NCBI GenBank assembly: GCA_963761335.1
Contig: CAVXGR010000015.1
Span: 128,001-192,000, forward strand
Direction: 5' to 3'
DNA from: an uncultured delta proteobacterium
GTDB taxonomy: Bacteria > Desulfobacterota > Binatia > HRBIN30 > BPIQ01
DNA: 64,000 nucleotides
Of the stretch, positions 42,411-52,004 are shown one piece after another. Each line of letters opens with the position of its first letter. Positions within the stretch are counted from its first letter, which is position 1. Position numbers and translations under genes: made by a program. Below the pieces are notes generated by a model. It was not told the DNA's origin, searched no databases, and saw only the letters and a list, made by a program, of their open reading frames with translations.

Positions 42411-43669
42411 GTTTCCTCGGCGGCGGACAGCAGCTGCGGCAGTAGGCTCCGCTCCAGCTCGCGCAGCGCTTCGCGAATCGTCTCCGGATCGTCGAGGCGG
42501 AGGCCGTCCTCGCCCTCGCGCGCCTCGTTTGGCAGGCGGGCCCGCAGCTCGCCAAGCTCCCCGAGCAGCGTCTCCAACATCTGCGGATCCGACTGCAGCT
42601 CGCGCAGCGCGCGGACCACCTGGCTCGCGGCATCGTCGCGCTCCGAGAGCGGCTCGAGATCGACTGCGCCGCGGGTGTCGAAGCGCACCTTTTCGAGCCA
42701 GATGCCTTCGCCGCCGACGTCGTTGGCGGCGGCGCGCAGGGCGTTCTCCCAGCGCTCGGCGTGCCGCTGCAGAGAGGCGTGCGCCGCCGTCGAGCCGGTG
42801 AGCGTCAGGCGGACGGCGACCGTGCGGCCGTCGCTGTCCGCGGACAGGCGTTCCATCGCGGCGCGGGCGAGGTCGACCGCATCCTCGGCCGAGCGCGCCT
42901 CCGACACCTCGACTTCGGCCGCCGCCCAGCGCACCGCGTCGAGGGGGCGGTGGACGACGTGGCGGACGCGCCCGCCCTCGACTTCGACGAGGACGGCGCC
43001 CTTGGCACCGGTCTCGCGCGCATGGCGACCCTGGAGGTTGCCGGGGAAGACGATCCACGGATCGGAGGACAGCACCTCGTGGCGATGCACGTGGCCCAGG
43101 GCCCAGTAGTCGTATCCCTTGCTGATCAGGGTCTCGAGGCTGCACGGCGCATAGCTGTCGTGCCCCTCGCGGCCGGTGGCGCAGGTGTGCAGCAGGCCGA
43201 TGTTGAAGAGGCCGGGAATCGCCGGCGGGTAGCGCGCCGCCAGATCCTCCTCGACGGCGCGGCTGGCGAACCCCTGGCCGTGAACGGCGATCCCGAGCCG
43301 CTCGAGGATGTGCGTCTCCGGCTTGCGGGTCGACAGCTCCACGGCGTTGTCGGGGAGCTGCAGGTGGCGGGTGATCTGGCTGGCGGCGTCGTGGTTGCCG
43401 CGAATCCACACCACGGCGACGCCTTCGCGGCGCAAGCGGGAGATCTGCGCGGCGAGAAACAGGCCGGTGGAGTAATCCTTCCAGTTGCCGTCGTAGAGAT
43501 CGCCGGCGAGGAGAAGCAGCTCGGCGCCCTCGTCGAGGCAGAGGTCGATGAGGTTCTCGAGCGCCCGCCGCGTCGCCCCGCGAATCTGCTCGACCGGGGC
43601 GCCCTCGTAGCGTTCCAGACCGCGCAGCGGGCTGTCGAGGTGCAGGTCGGCAGCGTGGACGAGCTTCAT
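42407..43669 (-). CDS. YhaO-like Mre11/SbcD metallophosphoesterase nuclease
   Basis: Motifs HAADLHLD, AGDLYD, GNHD, YWALGHVH and PGNLQGR. Confidence 0.92.
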   Translation of the reverse strand: MKLVHAADLHLDSPLRGLERYEGAPVEQIRGATRRALENLIDLCLDEGAELLLLAGDLYDGNWKDYSTGLFLAAQISRLRREGVAVVWIRGNHDAASQITRHLQLPDNAVELSTRKPETHILERLGIAVHGQGFASRAVEEDLAARYPPAIPGLFNIGLLHTCATGREGHDSYAPCSLETLISKGYDYWALGHVHRHEVLSSDPWIVFPGNLQGRHARETGAKGAVLVEVEGGRVRHVVHRPLDAVRWAAAEVEVSEARSAEDAVDLARAAMERLSADSDGRTVAVRLTLTGSTAAHASLQRHAERWENALRAAANDVGGEGIWLEKVRFDTRGAVDLEPLSERDDAASQVVRALRELQSDPQMLETLLGELGELRARLPNEAREGEDGLRLDDPETIREALRELERSLLPQLLSAAEET

Positions 43670-43756
43670 CAGAGACTCGGGATTAACCCTCCCGAGCGGC
43701 GCTTGCAATGGAGGACGCCGGTGCTCTTCGAGCAGCTCGCAGGCCGCCCCAAACCC

Positions 43757-43844
43757 CTGCCCGCGCCCGTGCCCGTGCCCTGCCCGTCTCTGAACGACGC
43801 TGGGAAAGACCGGGCACGGGCAGGGGCACGGGCGCGGGCACGGG
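43757..43844. repeat. Tandem-inverted hexamer repeat (GCCCGT)n...(ACGGGC)n
   Basis: Directly visible complementary arrays that could form a long hairpin. Confidence 0.7.
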
Positions 43845-43910
43845 AGAGCCGAGCCGGCGAGGCTCTACGAGAAGTCGCGAGATACTCGTCCCGCCGGCGA
43901 ACCGGGAAGA

Positions 43911-43971
43911 GTAGAAGCGGCGTCTCGCCGCTTCAGGAAGCAGCGGACGGCGCTTCTGCTTTGGCCCCTTA
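43911..43971. repeat. GTAG-type REP doublet, copy 1
   Basis: GTAGAAGCGGCGTCTCGCCGCTTC...; inverted copy at 62533-62591. Confidence 0.75.
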
Positions 43972-44107
43972 CTGGCGGAGCTGTCTCTTTGCACCTTTCC
44001 AGTTCCGCCCGATGAGCAACAGCCGATGCTCGGAAACCGTCGCGCAGCTGAACGGTGGCGTTTAGGCATTTGACCGCAACTTCAGTTCTGGCGAGATTCT
44101 GGCCAGA

Positions 44108-44438
44108 ATGCGTCGAGAGATCATTCTGGCCCCCGAAACGAAGGAGGACTTCGAGGCGCTCAAAGCGAACAATCGGGCGGTGCTACGAGGTGCAATGGAG
44201 CAACACCTGCGGCACGATCCAACGAAGACGAGTCGGAGTTCGAATCAAACGCCTTCGGGGAATGCGTCGTCCCCAATATCGGCTGCACGTCGATGAGGTG
44301 CGGGTCTTCTACGACGTGACCGACCAGGCCGTCGAGGTATTGGCAATCGTAGAGAAGTCCGAGGCCGCCAAGTGGCTTAAACGACATGGCGAGCCGGAGA
44401 AACAGCCGGCTGCAGAGCAGGGAGAACGCAAGTCATGA
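44108..44438 (+). pseudogene. RelE/ParE-family toxin, frameshifted
   Basis: MRREIILAPE...HDPTKTSRS continues as RIKRLRGMRRPQYRLHVDEVRVFYDV in the +1 frame (extra T near 44240). Confidence 0.8.
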
Positions 44439-44770
44439 AGGAAGTGTCATTGTCTGAGGTCAAGGACGATCTGTCGCGATACTTGCGCCAGGCCGCGAAG
44501 GAGGAGATCGTGATCACCCGGCACGGGAGAGCGGCCGGCGTTCTCATCGGCTTCGAGTCCGAAGATGATTGGTTCGACTACCGTCTCGAGAACGATCCCC
44601 GTTTCCTGGCCCGGATCGCCGCCGCCCGGGCCAGCCTGCGTGCTGGGCGTGGCGTGCGACTAGAGGATCTCGAAGTGGAGGGAACCGCTAACCAGGGCGC
44701 TGCACCGGGCCGCGGCCAGACGCGCACTCGACCCAGGCCGGGCACGTCACGTCGTGGCCGCGGCCGGTGA
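44435..44770 (+). CDS. Phd/YefM antitoxin (reads through into the attC)
   Basis: LSEVKDDLSRYL...EEIVITRHGRAAGVL; ATGA overlap with the toxin. Confidence 0.88.
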   Translation: MKEVSLSEVKDDLSRYLRQAAKEEIVITRHGRAAGVLIGFESEDDWFDYRLENDPRFLARIAAARASLRAGRGVRLEDLEVEGTANQGAAPGRGQTRTRPRPGTSRRGRGR

Positions 44771-44785
44771 GCGCCAACGTTCAAG
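44686..44785 (+). other. attC-like integron cassette recombination site
   Basis: cgcTAAC-cagggcgctGcaccgg...ccggtgagcgccaac-GTTcaag; imperfect palindrome with an unpaired base. Confidence 0.7.
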
Positions 44786-44830
44786 GGTGAAGAGGCCGGG
44801 CCTTCCGTCAAACGGCTCGCTGGCACCCGG

Positions 44831-44957
44831 TCAGTCGCTGGGGCGGAGCGGATAGCCCTCCCAGCGCGCCAGGACGGCGGCGCCGACCATGTCGCTCCAG
44901 ACGTTGACGCTGGTGCGGCACATGTCGAGGATGCGGTCCGCGGCGAGGATCAGGCCG
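44831..44957 (-). repeat. 127-bp duplicate of the 3' end of the DAACS symporter gene (att-like)
   Basis: Matches 56974-57100 with 4 mismatches; the first 101 bp are identical. Confidence 0.92.
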
Positions 44958-44959
44958 TA

Positions 44960-45573
44960 CGGGCGCTCTCCAGGCTGTTCCGGGGGCAAGCTCATCGCCG
45001 CCCTTGAGCACGCCCGCGACCGCGGTCAGCTCCGCTACTTGGGCCAAAGTGCTCCACTGCACGAGCCCGGCTCCTGGAGCTCCCTCATCGCCGCGCTCAG
45101 GAAGCAAGACTGGGTCGTCTACTCGAAGCCGCCGTTCGGCGGACCGGGGCAAGTGCTCAAGTACCTCAGCCGCTATACCCACCGCGTGGCCATCTCCAAC
45201 CGCCGTATCCTCTCCGTCGAGGGCGGCCAGGTGTGCTTCGAGTACCGCGACTACGCCGATCACAGCCGGCGCAAGGAGATGTCGCTTCCGGCCACGGAGC
45301 TCCTGCGCCGCTTCCTCCAGCATGTCGTCCCCAAGGGCTTCATGCGCATCCGCCACTACGGCATCACCGCCAACTGCCGCCGACAGGAGAAGCTTGCCCG
45401 CTGTCGAGACCTTCTGGGGCAGACATCCTTGCCCGCTCCGGAGCCCTGCCGCTCCTATGCGTCATCGGAGAGCGCCCTCCGACTCCGGCCCGGCCCGCTG
45501 CCCCACCTGCGGCGGCTCGATGCGTTCGGTCGAGATCATCCCACCCACCGTCGCGCCCCACGACAGCTCATGA
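44960..45573 (+). pseudogene. IS91-family (Y2) transposase C-terminal remnant
   Basis: Motifs WVVYSKPPFGGP, LKYLSRYTHRVAISN.R and RFLQHV.PKGFMRIRHYG. N terminus is missing and the CPTCGG tail is in another frame. Confidence 0.85.
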
Positions 45574-45852
45574 GCGACCCCGCCTGTTTCTCCCAAATCG
45601 ACCACCCCGCCGCGGCCTCTTTGCGACCGATCAGGAAGCTGCGTCCTGCCGGCCGATCTTCGCACTTCTTCCCGCTTCCCATTCCTCTCCGGGCGCCGGC
45701 CACCTCACCACCTGTCAACGCTTCCACCCCTCGTCACCCCTCTCCCCGCGGGCGCCGACGACCTCACTCCTTGTTTCCTGCCACCGATCTCCGATAAGAC
45801 CCCCATAGCCAGGAAGAGGCATCGGTGGTCAGCGGTTCAGCTCAACGGGGCC

Positions 45853-45919
45853 TTTCCGCCATCCGGCCACGGGGCGGCCCGAATACTCGCGCGGCGTCTC
45901 TGCGGCCGGATGGCGGAAA
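45853..45919. repeat. 16-bp perfect inverted repeat just downstream of the IS91-like remnant
   Basis: tttccgccatccggcc (45853-45868) pairs with ggccggatggcggaaa (45904-45919). Confidence 0.8.
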
Positions 45920-45944
45920 AACCCTTCTTGCCGGAGTCTGCCAA

Positions 45945-48149
45945 ATGGAAGACCAGACTATCGACCCACGGGCATTCTCGTTCGCCGTTGAAAGAATAGC
46001 GGACGGATTCATCTTCGAGGAGTTTGCAAACCAGCTTGCAAGCTCGGCGCTGGGATACAAATTTCTCCCGGCCGGGGGCATCAAGGACCGCGGAATCGAT
46101 GGCCTCCAGCACGTCTTCCAACGAGAGGGCTTCGAGCAGTGGATCTATCAATCGTCGATCGAGAAGAATCCTGAGGCAAAGATCGAAAGAACCGTCGAGG
46201 CGCTCACCAAGAACGGGGTCCCGTTTGACGTCCTCCACTATGTCACTAACCAAGCCGTACCCGCGAAGGACGAGGTCACTCGTCGCTTCTTCGAGAAGCA
46301 CAAGAAGCCCTTACTTGTGTTCGATTTGGCGTGGCTCACAGCAAACGCGAACAAGAACGCTGGAACCCAAACGGCATTCCGGGTGTTTGCCTCCCGCCAT
46401 CTGCACGAGTATCAGCAACCTGGCAAGGCGTACGTAGTTTCCGACCTCGTCTCCGACCCCCGGCTCTACGTATTCCTCAGACAAGAGCTCGAGTTGGCGC
46501 ACGGCCGCGATCTCAACGATACACTGGTCGATACGCTGATCCTCTTTGCCCTTGAGAACACAGATCCAGACAAGCCCGTTTTGATGACTCTGCAGGAGAT
46601 CGTGCACGACATTCGTCGGCGCATCAGTTTCGACCCGGCGATGCTCCGTGATGCGATACCGCGTAGACTGGAGGCGCTCTCGACGAAGCCGCGAAGGATC
46701 AACCACCACACGAAGGAAGATGCCTATTGCTTGCCCTACGAAACGCGATGTGCCCTTCAAGATAGAAATCTGGCAGACGCAGCTTTGCAAGACGCCTTTC
46801 GCCAAGAATCGAGTGCCAGGCTAACAAAGTACCTCGACGGCACCAAAGTCAGGGACGGGGTTGGGCTGATCGAGGGCGTCCTTCATCGCCTATTCCACCA
46901 GCAGGGTCTGGAATTCTCGGGGTTTTTGCTCAAGGGCGAGAATCGTCAGGCCGTGGAAAAGAATCTAGCTGAACTGATTGTCGCAGTTGTGGATGAAAAG
47001 CGGATCGTGGACCAAAACCGGGAAAAGGTCGTTGCCGCTCTTCATGTCACCATTCGGGACATCGTCTACAACGGGACGCCTGAACAGAAGGAGTTTCTGA
47101 GGAAACTAGCGAATACCTACATGATGCTGTTCATGCTTAACGTGGACCCCAAGGTAACGGCTTACTTCAGGTCCATGGCCTCGCAGCTCCGCATCTACGT
47201 GGACAACTCCATTATCATACCCGCACTCTCCGAGTATTTTCTGACCGTTGAGAATCGACGCCACTGGAACCTGCTGAGGCAGGCAACTGTTGCCGGAGTA
47301 ACGCTGATCGTTGGGGACCAGATGGCTGATGAGCTTGTCAGCCATTTCAGAATGATCAGGCAGAAGTACAACGACTTCTACCGTGCCAACGAGGCGGTCT
47401 ATCTGGCCGATGAAACAGCGATGCTGTACATCGACGAGATCATGATTCGAGCCTACTTCTACTCGAAGTCCCGGAAGCAGGTAGACACCTTCGATTCATT
47501 TCTAGACAAGTTCGTGGACCCGGCTGTCGGAAGGAGGGCAAGGGACGACCTGGTCACTTGGCTGGAACACGAGTTCGGCATCCGATTCCTTCCTGCTAGT
47601 AGCGTCGACGTACATGTACCAGAGGACGAGGTGCAGCGGCTAGTCGCGGAACTGAGCAAGACCAAGTCTCACAAGGAGAAGGCTAGAACCGACGCAGAAC
47701 TGATTCTCTCCATTTATCACCAGCGAACGACCGAGTCCAAGGGTGGCTGCAACAGCAGCATGCTCGGCTATCGAACCTGGTGGCTTTCGAAAGACACAAC
47801 AACACAGAAGGCCGTGAATGCAGTGTTCGGCGATAAGTTCGATACGAGCTGCTACATCCGCCCGGACTTCCTGCACAACTACATCTGCTTGTCACCCTCG
47901 GTAGAAGAAGTTGACGACGCCTACAGGAAGATCTTCCCGAGCCTAATTGGCGTCAACATTAGCTTCCACCTGCCTCCGGACCTGATTGCAGCGGTCCAAT
48001 CTCGGGTGCGAGAACACGGCGAAAAGAATCAGGCGCGCCTCGTCGCGGTTCTCCGAGATTTGACTGATCGCCTCAAGTCAGAGGCAACGATGCTCAATGC
48101 AAATCAAGTCAAGCTGTTCCTGGACGAGAGGCTTTCGGGAACCAGGTAG
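45945..48149 (+). CDS. Hypothetical protein: N-terminal restriction-endonuclease-like domain and C-terminal PIN-like domain
   Basis: FEEFA...GGIKDRGIDG...YQSS resembles Mrr/PD-(D/E)xK; LRIYVDNSIII...DAELI...WWLSKD resembles PIN. Lower GC than the host genes. Confidence 0.6.
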   Translation: MEDQTIDPRAFSFAVERIADGFIFEEFANQLASSALGYKFLPAGGIKDRGIDGLQHVFQREGFEQWIYQSSIEKNPEAKIERTVEALTKNGVPFDVLHYVTNQAVPAKDEVTRRFFEKHKKPLLVFDLAWLTANANKNAGTQTAFRVFASRHLHEYQQPGKAYVVSDLVSDPRLYVFLRQELELAHGRDLNDTLVDTLILFALENTDPDKPVLMTLQEIVHDIRRRISFDPAMLRDAIPRRLEALSTKPRRINHHTKEDAYCLPYETRCALQDRNLADAALQDAFRQESSARLTKYLDGTKVRDGVGLIEGVLHRLFHQQGLEFSGFLLKGENRQAVEKNLAELIVAVVDEKRIVDQNREKVVAALHVTIRDIVYNGTPEQKEFLRKLANTYMMLFMLNVDPKVTAYFRSMASQLRIYVDNSIIIPALSEYFLTVENRRHWNLLRQATVAGVTLIVGDQMADELVSHFRMIRQKYNDFYRANEAVYLADETAMLYIDEIMIRAYFYSKSRKQVDTFDSFLDKFVDPAVGRRARDDLVTWLEHEFGIRFLPASSVDVHVPEDEVQRLVAELSKTKSHKEKARTDAELILSIYHQRTTESKGGCNSSMLGYRTWWLSKDTTTQKAVNAVFGDKFDTSCYIRPDFLHNYICLSPSVEEVDDAYRKIFPSLIGVNISFHLPPDLIAAVQSRVREHGEKNQARLVAVLRDLTDRLKSEATMLNANQVKLFLDERLSGTR

Positions 48150-48170
48150 GGAGATCGGGGAGATGACGCC

Positions 48171-48242
48171 GCATGACATGCCGTTGAAGCGGATGGTCGG
48201 CCGCAGCCGGCCGCCCACCGCTTCAACGGCAAGGCGTTAGCC
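48171..48242 (+). other. attC-like site (R' interrupted by IS1380)
   Basis: gcatgac-atgccgttgaagcgg...ccgcttcaacggcaaggc-GTTAGCC, directly after the 45945-48149 gene. Confidence 0.75.
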
Positions 48243-50105
48243 CCTGAAAAAGCACCTGGGAATGGGAAAATCGCTGCCCGTCCCTGGAAACCCTTGTCGC
48301 ACAAGGCTAATCTCTGTGTCTGACGCGGTCGAGATGAGGCGGTGTGGGGAGGTTTCAGATGAGGGTTCGGGATGCTGCGGTGCTGGAGGAACGAGGGGCG
48401 CGGATTCAGGCGCGGTTGGACCGCGACAATATTCCGGACGACCTGTCGCGACCGATGATCGCCGGGAGCAATGTACGCTATGAGATGTCGGCGCGTATTC
48501 AAGCGACACCGTGCGGCGGCATCGGACTGATCCACGAAATGGTGCGCTCGATCGGTCTTGCCGAAAGCATCGACCGCCACGTCGAGGTGTTCAAGCGACA
48601 CTTCCCGTATCACGAGTCCGACCACGTGCTGAATCTGACGTACAACATCATGTCGGGCGGCACGCGTCTGGAGGATCTCGAGCGGCTGCGTCAGGACGAA
48701 GCGTATCTGAACACATTGGGCTGCCAGCGTGTTCCGGATCCGACCACGGCCGGAGACTTCCTGCGACGATTCGAGGCCGACAATGTGAAGGCGCTGATAC
48801 GCGCCATCAACGAGACGCGCGTGCGGGTGTGGAAGAAGGGGCTGTCGCGGCAAGACAGGAAGCTGGCATTGATCGACAGCGACGGAACCATTGCTCCGAC
48901 TGCCGGCCAGTGCAAAGAGGGCATGGACATGAGCTACAAGGGGCAGTGGGGATACGCGCCGCTGCTGGTGAGCCTGGCCAATACCCAGGAGGTGCTCTTC
49001 ACGGTCAATCGCTCGGGCAACCGGCCCTCGCACGACGGCGCAGCCGAGTACATGGATGCCGCGATCGCTCTGGCGCGTCGGGGCGGCTTCAAGCGGGTGC
49101 GCCTGCGCGGGGACACGGACTTTTCGCTGACCCGCAACTTCGACCGCTGGCACGAAGACGCGGTGCAATTCGTCTTTGGCATGGACTGTATCGATACGCT
49201 GGTGGATCGCGCCAGGGCCTTGTCGGACAAGGAGTGGAAGCTGCTTGAGCGTCCAGGCAACGAGCCGACCGGGGAGCGGGCACGGCCGGACAATGTCAAG
49301 GACCGGATCGTCAACGAGCGCGGCTACACCAAGCTGGTGGGCGACGACGAAAAGATCGCGGAGTTCACCTACCAGCCCGGGGCCTGCAAGCGCAGCTACC
49401 GGGTGGTCGTGCTCAAGAAGCTGATCCGGGTCGAGGAGCGTCAGCAATTGCTGTTCTTCGAGTGCCGCTTTTTCTTCTACGTCACCAACGTCGGCAAGGC
49501 CGAGCTCTCGGCCGAAGACGTGGTCTTTCAAAGCAACGCCCGCTGCAATCAGGAGAACCTCATCGAGCAGCTCAAGAACGGCGTGCAGGCGATGCGTATG
49601 CCGTCCGACACGCTGGTGTCGAACTGGACCTACATGGTGATCGGCGCTCTGGCCTGGAATCTGAAGATCTGGCTCGGACAGCTCCTGCCCAAGGGCGAAC
49701 CGGCCAGCGAGATCCGACGCATGGAGTTCCGCCGCTTTCTCAACAGCGTGATGCTGATCCCGTGCCAGGTGCTGAGCACGGCACGGCGCACCGTGTTGCG
49801 GATTCTCAGCTACACGCCATGGGCGCCGGTATTGCTCGACGGCCTGCAGCACTTTCGACAATGGCGCGAAGCGTAGCGACACCACGCGATGTGGCCGCTC
49901 TTCCCCTCGCATCGCATGGGACGAAAGCAGGTCACTACCCGCTGGGCGGCGATTTGCCCACTTGCGGTGCTGCACCGCGCAGGTTGCAGCAAACATATGG
50001 GTGTCATCAGTCATTTACTACAAGGGACGTTACCATAGTGCCACTCGCGCGGGTCTGCAGGGGCCGGCGAGGCGATTTGGTTATCCACAGGCGCTTGTTT
50101 TGGGG
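48241..50105 (+). mobile_element. IS1380-family insertion sequence, 1865 bp
   Basis: Imperfect terminal IRs cccctgaaaaagcacctg / caggcgcttgttttgggg (14/18), flanked by TTAG at 48237-48240 and 50106-50109. Confidence 0.85.
48344..49876 (+). CDS. IS1380-family DDE transposase
   Basis: Motifs PDPTTAGDFLRRF, IDSDGT, GYAPL, RSGN, LRGDTDF, RCNQENLIEQLK and LAWNLK.W. Confidence 0.9.
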   Translation: MGRFQMRVRDAAVLEERGARIQARLDRDNIPDDLSRPMIAGSNVRYEMSARIQATPCGGIGLIHEMVRSIGLAESIDRHVEVFKRHFPYHESDHVLNLTYNIMSGGTRLEDLERLRQDEAYLNTLGCQRVPDPTTAGDFLRRFEADNVKALIRAINETRVRVWKKGLSRQDRKLALIDSDGTIAPTAGQCKEGMDMSYKGQWGYAPLLVSLANTQEVLFTVNRSGNRPSHDGAAEYMDAAIALARRGGFKRVRLRGDTDFSLTRNFDRWHEDAVQFVFGMDCIDTLVDRARALSDKEWKLLERPGNEPTGERARPDNVKDRIVNERGYTKLVGDDEKIAEFTYQPGACKRSYRVVVLKKLIRVEERQQLLFFECRFFFYVTNVGKAELSAEDVVFQSNARCNQENLIEQLKNGVQAMRMPSDTLVSNWTYMVIGALAWNLKIWLGQLLPKGEPASEIRRMEFRRFLNSVMLIPCQVLSTARRTVLRILSYTPWAPVLLDGLQHFRQWREA

Positions 50106-50274
50106 TTAGCCAGGCAGAGGTGGCTGCCGCAGTTGCATCGACGGACCGGCACGTCTCGACTGTGAGCGCCTCGTGAAAGTCGCCCTATCCGACATCGTTC
50201 GACGGCTGGTATGCGGACACATTGTAGAACATTCGCAATAGTGCGAGTTTCCAAAACAAGAAGGTTTTTGCCAC

Positions 50275-51902
50275 GTGAAAATCCTGTCCTATAACCCCGG
50301 CCACAATGGCGCCATCGCGTTTCTTCGGGACTGCCGCCTAACAATGCATATCGAAGCAGAAAAAGACTCGAACTATCGATACTCTTCAGTATCTATTACG
50401 AACGTATTAGATGCCATCGGTGAACTAGAAGAATTACCTGACGTCATTTGTATGGGCGGGTGGTGGCCACGAGACCATCACGAATACTTATACGGCTCTC
50501 TCAATAACGTCGGCTATCGTGGTGTATCAAGCAATGATGTCATAGTAAACCAAGGACGCTTTTTAAGAGGTCAGGTCGACTATTTCTCATCTTCTCATGA
50601 ACGATCGCACATCCTTTGCGCTTTTGGCATGTCAAGTTTAGCAAAGGGCACCCCATGCGATGCATTGGTTTGGGAAGGAGAGATAGGCGCTTTCTACGAC
50701 ATCGATTCCGATTTGAACATCACGCTGATCGCCGATGTTCTAAATCAGCCAGGGAATCGCTACGGACTGCTCTACGGCCTAGCCGACCCAACCTTTCCCA
50801 AGGATGGACCCTATCCCCGGTCCCCGGACGCGGGAAAGCTCATGGCCTTAGCGTCATTTTCGAATCGACGCACGCCTTCAGCTGACGAGAAGAAGCTGCT
50901 CAGTTTTCTATTGGATGGCCCGTTCCAGAAGCTGAGCGCTTACGAGGATCTTGCGCAAGCGCCTCACCTAAACGTGGGGTTAGATGATCCGGAGTTTCGC
51001 AACCTCTCGGGAATATATAGCGACGCAATCTTCGATATGTTTTGTCAGTTCGCGAGCAAGAACTTGAGGAACAAACAACCGCTGGTGATCGCCGGTGGAT
51101 GCGGCCTGAATTGCGACTGGAACACCAAGTGGAAGGATACTGGCCTCTTCTCGGAGGTGTTCGTACCCCCGGTCGCCAATGATTCCGGATCAGCCATAGG
51201 CACGGCGATCGATGCCCAGTTCCGCTTTACCGGCAATCCAAAGATCGAATGGGACGTCTACTCCGGCTTGATGTTTCGAGCGGACGGCTTATTCAAGTTC
51301 GGCAAATATGACATCCACGACACGGACTACGATAAGATTGCCGACATGCTGGCGAACGACCTCATCCTCGGATGGGTGAGCGGCAGATACGAGATCGGCC
51401 CGCGCGCGCTTGGCAATAGGTCCATCCTCGCTGCTCCTTTCGAGGTAGTACCAGAATGCGACTGAACGAGATCAAGCGACGTGAGCAGTTCCGCCCCATC
51501 GCTCCTGTCTGCCTTCCAGATGATGCTCGCAAATGGTTCGGATGCGATCACGAAAGCCCATACATGCTTTATACGCATCGTTCGACCACCGACGCACTGG
51601 GAGCTGTTACGCATGTGAACGGCACCGCCCGCATCCAGACTGTCACATCTGCGACTAACAAGCGTCTTAGTGATCTGCTAGTCGCATTTAAAGGACGCAC
51701 CGGTTACGGCGTACTGTGCAATACCTCTCTGAACTTCAACGGAAAAGGCTTCATCAACAACATAGTCGATCTTGATGCCTATGCCACCCAGCGCGACTTG
51801 GATGGGTTCGTTGTTGAAGGACGGGCATATCTTCTGAAGGCTTCCTGGCGGTATCAAGCATATCTGAAAACGTCGGGTGTTCCAGCTGACACGGTTGCCT
51901 AG
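50275..51902 (+). pseudogene. NodU/CmcH/TobZ-family O-carbamoyltransferase, split by a single frameshift near 51445
   Basis: Motifs SHERSH, AGKLMALA, AGGCGLNC, PPVANDSGSAIG and EIGPRALGNRSILA; then, in another frame, RLNEIKRREQFRPIAP, HVNGTARIQTV and NTSLN. Confidence 0.85.
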
Positions 51903-52004
51903 CAGCACATAGGGGCCCAAGACGCCGCGCTTCGCGAACGGAAAGGGACGCATCGCAAGAGCGAGCCAGTCGGAATTCTACATTTGAACAAGGACACGCA
52001 GAAT

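Noticed and set aside
42411..43409. 1499-aa ORF suggesting a nuclease-ATPase fusion
   Set aside because: The extension is an alternative frame over yhaO; the ATPase starts at GTG 42410, overlapping the yhaO stop.
44889..45797. 302-aa ORF as an intact transposase
   Set aside because: It is a chimera of the antisense DAACS duplicate, a transposase fragment and a frameshifted tail.
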